A stretch of DNA of 64,000 nucleotides from Schizochytrium sp. TIO01 (lineage: Eukaryota > Protista > Bigyra: Labyrinthulomycetes): the NCBI GenBank assembly GCA_004764695.1, contig SMSO01000033.1, positions 1,488,001-1,552,000 of the forward strand. The letters run 5' to 3'. Positions 1-9,616 of the stretch are shown piece after piece (position 1 is the stretch's first letter; every line of letters starts with the position of its first letter). The translations under genes and the position numbers were made by a program. A model generated the notes under the pieces. The model ran no database searches. It was not told the DNA's origin and saw only the letters and a program-made list of their open reading frames with translations.

Positions 1-505
1 CGCAGCGAAGAAATTTCTTTTCCTCTAAAGTGCGTACTCTCGCTAATTTTCCCATATCGTCACCAAGTTCTCACCTCCTCTGGCTTCATCCTGCATATCG
101 CAAAAGTGCCGCTGAGATGCATTCCTGGCTTGGTGCCGCAGCCCCATCCTTTCCGCAAGCTCTCCTTACAGGTTCCCTTCTGCATTCTGTACATTAAGCT
201 CTGAGCCCTCCCAACAACGAATGGCTCGCCACAACTAAGAGCAGCACCTCGCCACAACCTTTGTAACGTAACGGCTCCTCATCCGTGTCGTGTAATGGCG
301 AATCCCATCTCATTATGAGCGACGTAGCATACATGAATAAATGAATCAGCCAGCTCCTGTCTTGAGAGCGATTTTGCACAGCTCAGTCGCCTCGCAGCAG
401 GCAAACCCCAAACTCCGTGTGGGATTCCCTCACTCGACCCCACGCTCGCCAGACAGCAAACAACTCCTTTCCAAAGCCGCCATCGAAACTGACATCCATC
501 GTCGC

Positions 506-537
506 CAACAAACATCAAACAAACAAACAAACAAACA
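506..537. repeat. (CAAA)n microsatellite
   Basis: Short imperfect tandem CAAA run visible in the sequence. Confidence 0.85.
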
Positions 538-971
538 CCATTTGCAACAAGCGCCACCTCGATTGTTTTCGGTCGGCGTCGCTAGCGCTCCATAGCTAAC
601 TCCTACCGCCTCCGCCGACCACCACTGAAGCTGCTGCTGCTTGCTTCCAGCCTCTCCGCGCCACTAATCCGCGCCGGGGTGTCGGTGCTTCGTGGGACTT
701 GACTCCGAGCTGTGCCTGGAGGCCCTTCGTTCACCAGCTCAGCGTCTTCTTGCGCCGCCAGCCAGAACACCGCCCCGTGCCGTGCCGACTCCTGCGTGCG
801 GGAAGTGCGCCTAGAGACCTACCCCCTCCTCAGCCATTCGCTCGGAGCCTTCGTCACTGATCCCAAGTGCTCGCACGCGCTTTTGCGGCGCGGTTCTGCG
901 CCGGTTCTGCAAACGTTCCTCCCCGGCACGGACGGCTGCCCGGAGACCGTAGTAGTGAGTGCTAGCTATCG

Positions 972-1002
972 AGCAAGCAAGCAAGCAAGCAAGCAAACAA
1001 GC
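972..1002. repeat. (AGCA)n microsatellite just downstream of a GTGAGT donor-like site (955-960)
   Basis: agcaagcaagcaagcaagcaagcaaacaagc seen directly. Confidence 0.85.
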
Positions 1003-1619
1003 GAATACATTTGCACTCCGGGTTGATTACTTGCACATCCATCTGTCGCGGTGGAGCGTGAGAGGGAAGGAATTCCACCTCCGCTACCGACTGCTAGGCC
1101 TCTTCTAGCTTAGACTGCTGGTTACACTCAGCAATTACACTGCCTACTACCTACTGCTGGTAGTGAGTGTGCCTTCTTGGCTGTAAGTAGTGGTAGCTCT
1201 TATCTTATCCTATACTACTGAGTACAGTCGCCGCCTTCAGAGGGTAATAGCCGCAGCAGTTCTCCATTGGCGGACTCCGCTCTCTCCTAGGCTTGTGACA
1301 CGGTCTTCGACAGGGCGTAGACAAGGTCAAGACTTGGTCGTGACCAAATCCAGATCTCCAACTGAACGCGAAGCTTGAGTGCAAAGGAGTTTAGGCAAAG
1401 TGGTACTGCGTGCGAACCACGAAAACTTGCTGCACCCTCGCTGAGCAAAAGGTAGAGGCACCCTTGCCTTGAAGCTACCGACTGTCCGTCTATACACCTT
1501 ACAAACCCAGCTTCTTCGTAACTTCCGGAGGTGTGACCAACCAATCTGCAAAGAGAAGCAGAAATCACTTTGGGCTTGCTGCGTTGGCATTGAACAAGAA
1601 GTAAAACAGGATTTGCAAG

Positions 1620-2003
1620 ATGACCGCAGTTCTTGGACAACACTACGAGGCGAAGATGAAGGCGTGCCTTCGCTACGATGATGAGGGCGATGACCTTGCC
1701 CAGGTTCTTGCTGTGCGCATGGAGTCTCTCTGCACACTTTGCCCCGACTTCTTGCTTGCAGCTGTCCTTGAAGGCGTGCTGGGTGAGATTGTCATGGACC
1801 TTTCAGAGGATCGCCTCGAGGAGGTCACTCGCCGCCTCAAAAACAGCCACAAGCCCGCAAACGCGGCAGGATTCCGTATCGGCATGAAGGTCCTTGAGGA
1901 TTGTGTCGAAGAGGGTCCCAAGGTCTTCTTCAAGCGCCTCTCAGCCATGTCCGCCGCCGACATGGCTCTCTGGCGTGGCGACCTGGAGAACCTCTCTTTG
2001 TGA
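1620..2003 (+). CDS. Hypothetical small alpha-helical protein (127 aa)
   Basis: ATG in gcaagATG context (same as the tepsin start), strong bias to C/G-ending codons, protein-like composition; no family recognised. Confidence 0.55.
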   Translation: MTAVLGQHYEAKMKACLRYDDEGDDLAQVLAVRMESLCTLCPDFLLAAVLEGVLGEIVMDLSEDRLEEVTRRLKNSHKPANAAGFRIGMKVLEDCVEEGPKVFFKRLSAMSAADMALWRGDLENLSL

Positions 2004-2492
2004 TAGATTGGATTGTTTGTTCGACGTTCTTCCAACGTTTGATCCACTACACAATGTGCCTCTAGCTCTAATGCCAAGGCGATCTGATTTCCTCTGAAGA
2101 GCTGGGAAAGGCGGGAGGAATTTGGTTTGTTTCCCCTCTCTCTCCCTCTTCTGATCGAGCAAAGCTTCTCATTCTAGTGATTCGGTACATCTACACATAA
2201 TAGATGGCGGTTTCACAGATGTATAAGCCACTTGTGCTCCCATCTTTAAACGCTTGGCGAGCATACATGCAGCCAGGAATGTATGCCCCCGTCAAGTATG
2301 ACTTATGATCCACAATTATATCACACCAGGTAGTAGCCTTGAATATGTCATTCAAGCAGTTTTAAAACATTAGATTTATCATATACTCTTTCAACCATTT
2401 CGCGACTTCATTTTGCTTGCCCTTGGTTGTGAATACTCAATGACAATTCTTCGGTAGTCAATGCATCAAATGAGAACCGCGCTACGACCTCG

Positions 2493-2518
2493 ATATATAT
2501 GTATATATATATATATAT
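2493..2518. repeat. (TA)n microsatellite between convergent gene ends
   Basis: atatatatgtatatatatatatatat seen directly. Confidence 0.8.
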
Positions 2519-2639
2519 CTAATGATATAAAAAGATGGAATAGTTGCCAAACATATTTGAAAGCATAAGAGAACATTCTTATTTCAATTTGTCCGCAGAA
2601 GAAAAACAGTAGCATATTATTGCAAGTGTACGAAAAACA

Positions 2640-5054
2640 TTACTTCATTTGAGCCATAGCCGAGGAGACAAAATCAAACTTGTCAGGTTGGGCGGGCTTG
2701 GACTGTTGCGTAGAAGACGAAGATCCAGGGCCATTGTACTGGTGTGCCTTGGTAACGCCATTTTGGTTCATTCCCATGTAACCATTTTGAATTTGCTGGG
2801 GCATCATTTGCTGTTGCGACATGGGGAATTGAGCTTGACCCTGGGGATGCTGCTGCTGTTGTTGTTGTTGCATCATCATTGCAAATAGCTGCTGCTGTTG
2901 CTGAGGAGGAGGCATGTTCATTCCAAGTTGCTGCTGCATCTGGAGAAATTGCTGGAATTGCTGAAATTGTGCGTTCTGTTGAATTTGTTGCGGATTCATT
3001 TGCGGCATGGATGGCACATTAACGTTTTGAGCAGGAGCGTATGTCGTTGTTGAGGATGTACTCGCATTTGGTGCCATCAAGTTATCGAAAGCGCTACCTA
3101 CTTGATCCGATGACGAAGAGCTTGCACGAACTACTGGTACGGAGGAGGAAGAAGAAGAAGTCGAGGGCATTGATAATGACATTAAATCATTTCCCATACC
3201 ATTAGTATGCTGACTGTTCGCTACAGTTGAGGAAGGTCCTCCGCCACCGATAAAATCGAATCCTGTGCTGCCTTCGCCCCCACTTGTAGAAGTAGCTGTG
3301 TTGGAGGCAATTGAGAGAGCCTGCAATTGACTGGCTAAATGCTCGGCCTTAGCAGATGCTCCATTGCCGCCCCCAAGTAAAGATTCCAGATCGATGGCAC
3401 CGGATGAACTATTGCCAGAGTTTTGCGGAGCTGAGTCATCGTCCCCATATAAGAGATCAGAATCGTTACTAGAGCTATTACTTTGAGCAGGAGCAGCAGG
3501 GGCTGAAGCCTTCATCTGCAAGTTCCCAAACATACTTCCTCCTCCAGCTGCAACTGGCGTGGGCACAGGTTCGCTTTCTTCTGTGGGAACCGGGGCCTCA
3601 TACAAGTCTTGTTTAGGACTATCGAAATTGAGTAGATCTTGATCATTGCTCGCGTTTGTATACGAGGTCGAACTTGATGACTGCTGCTGCTGTTGCAAAG
3701 TCTCATTGTTGCTGTCAACTTCTTCACCGTACAAAAGGGCCCAAACCTTTTGTGTGCGAGTACGAACCATAGGCTGAGATGACTGACGGAGGTCCTCAAG
3801 AATCTCTGCATGTTCATCCAAATAGTCTACAAAAGCTTCAAGATCTTCTGCCTGAATCAGTGCCTCACATACGCAGAGTGCCTTATGCTGAGACTTCCAC
3901 TCCCCCGAAGATAACTTCTCGTACAATATTGGCATGACAACTTGGGCGTCAAGGGTTTTGCATGCGCTTAAGAAAGCAGTGAGCTTCTCACGCGATGGAA
4001 CCGGTCGTACACCTCCACGGCTGCAAAGCTCATCCACAAGAGAGCGTTCATAGCGTCCATCAGACACTGTCGTGCTTGGACTAGCTGCGCTGCTCGATGC
4101 CGCGTAAGAGGAGTTCACCTGACGAGGGCTACGAGGATCAGCGCCTCCAGAGTTACCCCACGGTCCAGACTGACCAAACGTAGAAGGGCCACTAGACAAC
4201 ATACTGCTGTTCCCAGTACCTGGTCCTGCGTAGCTACCCTGATTAGAAGCGTAAGAGCTTCCCGGGCCAGCATAAGATCCAGAATCATGGCGCGATGGTG
4301 CATTACGCTTTTTATCAGATCCAAGCCATTGCTGGATACCAGCAGTAGCTGCTGACTTTGCTGCCTTGTCTGAGTACTCGTCAATGCGATCCTTCACGCG
4401 ATCCATAAAGCCCTTTGGCTGGTTTCGTGGGTCTTTAAAGTTAGGGTTGCCAATGCCATGGTAGCGGTTTCCACTTGCCGATGATGACATCCCACTGTAA
4501 CCACCCATGGACGAACTACTGCTGCCAGCCCCACCATAACGAGCGGCGTCAACCTGGGGGGAGTGATAGTTGCGAGCTGCATCATCGTAGTGAGAAGAAG
4601 CATCGGGGGCAATCCCGGGTGCAGGGTTTGCTCCATAGCCCTGAATTCGCTGAGCAAGAGCGCTGTTACTGGAGGTAACCTCAGTGGAGTTGTCAAAGAT
4701 GGCTTCCAAAGCATCCTTGGCGGCCTCGCGCACAACACGATACGGCTGGTCGCCCTTGAGAGGGTCTGCAGGACCTGTGAATTGTAGGCAAGATTTTACC
4801 TCACTTACAGCCCCTGTGGACTGGATCGTTCTACGGAATGACGGGTCACCCCTCCGGCACACGTGTTTAATCATGAGAAGTACCTTGTGTTTCACCACAG
4901 GTTCCTTGCGTTTAAGCCTATCCATGAGAAATTTAACCACTTTCTGTGTCACGTCCTGGCCTTCCTGCGTCATTTTTGCTACTTCGCCGTAAAGGTATCC
5001 AGGCGTCGGCGAATCCTCCGAAGAGGTCGCCTTTGTCAGCGTGGTCCTATTCAT
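2640..5054 (-). CDS. TEPSIN: Tepsin (AP-4 complex accessory ENTH/VHS protein; plant MTV1-like)
   Basis: N-terminal tENTH (LTKATSSEDSPTPGYLYGEVAKMT...VKHKVLLMIKHVCRRG...FTGPADPLKGD..YRVVREAA), second tVHS domain (ERSLVDELCSRGGVRPVPSREKL..F...WKSQHKALCVCEAL), disordered Q/S-rich tail with FDF-type motifs. 804 aa intronless ORF. Confidence 0.92.
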   Translation of the reverse strand: MNRTTLTKATSSEDSPTPGYLYGEVAKMTQEGQDVTQKVVKFLMDRLKRKEPVVKHKVLLMIKHVCRRGDPSFRRTIQSTGAVSEVKSCLQFTGPADPLKGDQPYRVVREAAKDALEAIFDNSTEVTSSNSALAQRIQGYGANPAPGIAPDASSHYDDAARNYHSPQVDAARYGGAGSSSSSMGGYSGMSSSASGNRYHGIGNPNFKDPRNQPKGFMDRVKDRIDEYSDKAAKSAATAGIQQWLGSDKKRNAPSRHDSGSYAGPGSSYASNQGSYAGPGTGNSSMLSSGPSTFGQSGPWGNSGGADPRSPRQVNSSYAASSSAASPSTTVSDGRYERSLVDELCSRGGVRPVPSREKLTAFLSACKTLDAQVVMPILYEKLSSGEWKSQHKALCVCEALIQAEDLEAFVDYLDEHAEILEDLRQSSQPMVRTRTQKVWALLYGEEVDSNNETLQQQQQSSSSTSYTNASNDQDLLNFDSPKQDLYEAPVPTEESEPVPTPVAAGGGSMFGNLQMKASAPAAPAQSNSSSNDSDLLYGDDDSAPQNSGNSSSGAIDLESLLGGGNGASAKAEHLASQLQALSIASNTATSTSGGEGSTGFDFIGGGGPSSTVANSQHTNGMGNDLMSLSMPSTSSSSSSVPVVRASSSSSDQVGSAFDNLMAPNASTSSTTTYAPAQNVNVPSMPQMNPQQIQQNAQFQQFQQFLQMQQQLGMNMPPPQQQQQLFAMMMQQQQQQQHPQGQAQFPMSQQQMMPQQIQNGYMGMNQNGVTKAHQYNGPGSSSSTQQSKPAQPDKFDFVSSAMAQMK

Positions 5055-7417
5055 CTTGCTCCTTTGCAGTCAATACGAAACACTCTACCTTGCAAATGAA
5101 TATCAAAGTTAACTCGTCACTCCCAGTATCTAGAATTCCTAGCTCTCAATATCTATCTATTTCCCACCACGCTCAATCTGTACAACCTTGAAATGTTCTT
5201 CCAGTTGTGCTCACTTAATTAATTGCTCAATAGGCCTTTACAATTCGCACGACCGATGTGCTCCAGCAAACAACTCTACTACTCTAGTAGTGAAGATTGC
5301 ACAGTCTAGTTAGCAGCCAACCAGATGGCCAAGCAAACAAATAACAACCAATTCTTTCAAACTCCGACTCAAACAATCTCCACAGCGCACGCGTAGGCCG
5401 CAGGCGGGGTGTTTCAGTTGCGGGGCTCCGATTCCTAAAGACAGCTAAGCCGCCCCGATCTATATCTTAAGAGAATCTTGTCAGAATATACTTCGTCTCA
5501 CTACTGGAGATATCCACGTTCGTGGCGTCGTGGTCGCTGACCTCAAGGGTGTCACTGTTGACGTTGTTGACGCAGTTTCTGTTTCTGTTACTGTTGCTAT
5601 TGTAGTTGTTGTCTTAATAAATGCAACTAAGAAAGAAAAAGAGGTGGGAGTCGCGACGCCAGAGAAGCTTGGGTTCTCGCGATTGCTGCTTTTGCTGCAC
5701 TCTTGGGGTGTCCCTGTAGGCAAAGAGATCAGCAATGGAGGTCCCCTTGGCCGAGTGGCTTAGGAGGATCCTGTCGGGTTTGCTGCGTACAAGTTTGCGG
5801 AGCGGGAGCTGAAGCAGACAGCAATTCAATTGAACCTCAGAAATGAGAAGAAAGAGAAATGAACGAACGAACGAACGAAGATGATGAGGACCAACGCGAC
5901 GCTCTTGACGACAGAACGACAAGGGACTGGCGTATTCCTCAGAAACCTGAGCAAATACAGCACCCCTTGTAGAGCCAAACAGTCGCCGCCAGGTTCCTAC
6001 TGCAGGGACCACGCGCGAGCCGAGTCGTTTGAGTTGTATCTATGCAAGGTTGTTTTTCTAATCTACGTTTAAACTATCCTACCTATATAGGAGTAGGTAG
6101 TATGTAGGAGGCACAGGAAAACAAGCATAGACCTAAATAGGTTATAAGAGATTTAAAGTGAACTATAAGAATTTATATAATAGAGTATACTGAAAAGATT
6201 TAGTATATCGTAGAGGACAAGGATCAAAGCGCTACTTTTATACTCTCTGGTGGAGCGATGAGATTTCAAGCTTGGTCGGCTTTTGACAAACATCAAAAGC
6301 CACTATTAAACCTCGAAACGGTTGTCAAGATATTTTCATCTTCATCCTTGCTAGTAGAACCAGAGCTAGGTCTTCTCGTCGGTCTTCTGTGGAAGAAGTG
6401 GCTGCTCTAGGTGGTTGATTCTGTTCTCGAATTAACTTACTGCTGCCAATTTCGTTTGTTGGAACACTTAGGCTACGTTAGTGAGGAACCTGAAGAGAAC
6501 GAGTGGAACGACCAACGTGACATGATCTGTGGGAGGCTAGGGTTTTAGGTGATGGGAAGCTAGCTAAGATACTTTGGCGCGGATATATAGAGGAGGCAGA
6601 GAACAGATAAAGATTAGCCAGAACAGGTGGGTTACCCCTGGTAGAGCATGAGGTTGCCATGACATTTTGTCATGCAGGTTCATGACGGGTCTAAAGAACT
6701 ATCTAGAAATTCGGAATTCACGGAGTTGGTTAAGTTGCGAAACATTCTTGATTTGCACGAAAGTTGATTTGCAGCGAGGGCTATCTGAAATAAATCTACA
6801 GCCGTGGCATGAGAAATCTTGCCTCGTCCCAAAAGTAGAAGATATCCAGGCACGTGAAGAGAGCTCTTGCTTCGAATTCTCCCTTTTCATGAAGATGATG
6901 TCTAATCGGCAAGTCTGAAATAGCGGGCGGTATACAGAGAACTAGATAGTTTAATATGTCGATTGCTGAATCGTTTGCAATTGGTGCGGCAGTTTGCAAT
7001 CAATGAATAGGTCTGCCAACTTGGATCAATGTCGGCATAACAGCAAACGAATGACATCTTGATCTGCATGCATTTTTGTGTGTTCAAAAGACCAAAGCAT
7101 AATTTATAAGTAAGCCAAGACAATGAGTATGACATATGGCTATGCATGGTTCCTTCTTATTTTTTATTTGCTTTTGTCACTAGCAAACATAATTGGTGAA
7201 AACTGTCTTCCCAATAATTTCTCTTCGTTCCTTAAAAGCTGTTTTCAACGCTTTCAAAGAATACTATTAGTACCTGCACTAATCAATAGGCTAGGACCAG
7301 TCAAATAAGTAAAGAGATCAACTTGCAGAGTGAAACAAAGGTTGGCTACTTATTTTCTTGCAGTCCTTGTTTTTACACGCAGAACAGCGCCACAAGTTCG
7401 CAGCAAAGGTGCTAAAT

Positions 7418-9439
7418 ATGGGTGCTCTTGACAATAGCGACCTCCATGCGATTCTGGCTTCCTTGGACCTGGATGGAACTGCTGTCACACAGGATGCCGG
7501 CCAGGGTTTAAGCAGCCAAGTAGATGAAAATCCTTTAGTCATCCCTGATGAGCTCTTCGATGTTCTTGGGGAGGTTGTTGAAGTATCTTGCGACACAGAG
7601 AATCTTGAGAACGCCCCAATCGCGGAGAAAATTTTGCAGAAGCTTGAAACGAGAGGCTCGGCTCATGAGATCCTCATGATTGCCTGTGCTGTGCTTGGTC
7701 AAGACCAGCTTAAAACCTTGCCAGGAAAATTGCGTCTCCTGAAGACAGTCACACTTTCATGCTCTAGGTCAGCCAATGCTGGTCGAACATCGTCAGCTAA
7801 ACGGAGGTCGAAGATCCTCATGGACTGTGTATGGATATTTGAACGCTGCTTTACATCACCCTCTCTGGCTCCGTCAGAAATACTTGCGGAAGGGTATTCC
7901 CTTTTAGCAAGTTCCTTTGATAGCTATACCCAGTTCCAAGACATGCATGAGCTTGTGGGTAGGCTCGTCTGCCAGACCCTGGGTAGCTGCGTTGGTGCGG
8001 CTCCAAGCCATGGCTTTTTTCACTCAAAGGGGATCCAGGCTGCTCCCAAGATTCTGGAACGTGCCAACGTCAGCACTTGGCGTGAGTTGGTCGCTATTCG
8101 AGATAATCAACGTCGTCACAACGAACTAATTGAACGTCGAAAAGCACGCTATGCTGAATTTGAGGTTGCCAGTGGCTCTGATCAAGAAAATGAACACATT
8201 TTAGACAAAGACTTATTAGTTGAATGGGATGAGAGCGGTTTAGCATGCTTGCTGCTCATTATTTCTTCGTCACCTGCCCATGAGCAAGTGTGGTTTCCGT
8301 CTGTATTGTCACTAGCAGAGAAGATCCACCTTATTACGCCCTTCGCGATGCATCTTCTTAGTATTCGATCCTCACAATTTGCTGCAGAGCGTGGTGTTGA
8401 GCTTGCATCTTTTGCAGTGCGCTACGGAGATCGCGGGGCTTTGGCAGAAGTTGCAGTTGAGACTCCACAGGGTAACGCAATGCAAAATCTGAGCGTAGGG
8501 CTCGCAAACTACGCATCCTCACATCCTGTTGCAGAACGTCGCTATGATGCTGTAAAAGTATTGGTACGGCTGTTCGATCTAGCTTGTGGACCAATTTCAG
8601 ATCCAGGAATGATTCAGCAGGATGCAGGTGGTGTGGGCCTCTTGAAAAGGGTATATCAACGATGCATGTTTCCCCAGCCCCGCGCCTTAGTGATTGACCA
8701 TCTACGTCGCCACGTGGCTTCAAGCTGGAATGCAGACATCAATGCCCGGGTTGCTGAATTCACAGCAAAACTTTTAACAGGGTTTGCGGAAGATTTTGGC
8801 GATGTGGAAGCGCAAGGAGATGAAGTTATTTCTGTCTTAGTTCTTGTGCGTCTTCTGGCAGCACGGGGGTGTTTTGCCAACGAGGATGTGCTGCAAGCCG
8901 CTGGTCAGTCTTGTGAAAATCTTCTTATTGATCTTCAAAAGATGCAGCAAGAGATGATGAGCAACTTTTCATCTGCGAACGCATCTGTGGAAGAATCGAT
9001 TGCTCAGTCATTGAGCGAGTCATCAGATCAGACACATTCACATGATCATTCGCATACGCATTCACATAGTCATGGTCATGGTCATGGTCATGGACATGGA
9101 CACGGACATGGACATGGACATGGACATGGACATGAACATGGACATGGGCATAGTCATGGAATAGCCAAGAGATCAAATGATAATAACGTATCATCGCAGG
9201 TGGAGCCTGATCTTAGGTCTCCGTCATACGAAATTCGAACCCCAGATGCAGTTGATGTTTCTAATCGAAGCGATGCTCCATTCCACATGCCAACACGGCC
9301 GCCCCCGAATCCTGGTTTTCAAATGATGAAATTTGCATTATTAGAAGACGCACTTCTCTTAGCGAAAGCTAGCTTGCAGGAACAACAACAGCGCCACTTA
9401 CAAGAGTACTTAGCACGTCAGCAACAAAACAAGCAATAG
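7418..9439 (+). CDS. Glomulin/ALF4/Ybp1-like helical-repeat protein with His-Gly-rich tract
   Basis: All-helical protein of about 670 aa. Segments YASSHPVAERRYDAVKVLVRLF and LKRVYQRCMFPQPRALVIDHLRRHV resemble the conserved C-terminal half of glomulin/ALF4. First ATG at 7418 (ORF open from 7358). Coding status is solid; the family call is by eye. Confidence 0.6.
   Translation: MGALDNSDLHAILASLDLDGTAVTQDAGQGLSSQVDENPLVIPDELFDVLGEVVEVSCDTENLENAPIAEKILQKLETRGSAHEILMIACAVLGQDQLKTLPGKLRLLKTVTLSCSRSANAGRTSSAKRRSKILMDCVWIFERCFTSPSLAPSEILAEGYSLLASSFDSYTQFQDMHELVGRLVCQTLGSCVGAAPSHGFFHSKGIQAAPKILERANVSTWRELVAIRDNQRRHNELIERRKARYAEFEVASGSDQENEHILDKDLLVEWDESGLACLLLIISSSPAHEQVWFPSVLSLAEKIHLITPFAMHLLSIRSSQFAAERGVELASFAVRYGDRGALAEVAVETPQGNAMQNLSVGLANYASSHPVAERRYDAVKVLVRLFDLACGPISDPGMIQQDAGGVGLLKRVYQRCMFPQPRALVIDHLRRHVASSWNADINARVAEFTAKLLTGFAEDFGDVEAQGDEVISVLVLVRLLAARGCFANEDVLQAAGQSCENLLIDLQKMQQEMMSNFSSANASVEESIAQSLSESSDQTHSHDHSHTHSHSHGHGHGHGHGHGHGHGHGHGHEHGHGHSHGIAKRSNDNNVSSQVEPDLRSPSYEIRTPDAVDVSNRSDAPFHMPTRPPPNPGFQMMKFALLEDALLLAKASLQEQQQRHLQEYLARQQQNKQ
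9035..9160 (+). repeat. Coding hexanucleotide repeat encoding (His-X)21, mostly HG
   Basis: catggt/catgga/cacgga units translate to HSHDHSHTHSHSHGHGHG...HEHGHGHSHG. Confidence 0.95.
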
Positions 9440-9616
9440 TCTGCACGCGTCATAACAATTTTGAAATTGGTCAGTAAGTGAATACTTGGTTTCAAAAAAA
9501 TTAAGAATCAAATTGAAAGCAAAATTTAGACTTAAATGCCGAAAATGGAACAACTAAAAAAGAGAAAGTCATGAGTAGAAGGGAGTGTACATTGACATGA
9601 AGTTGGATGTGAAACT

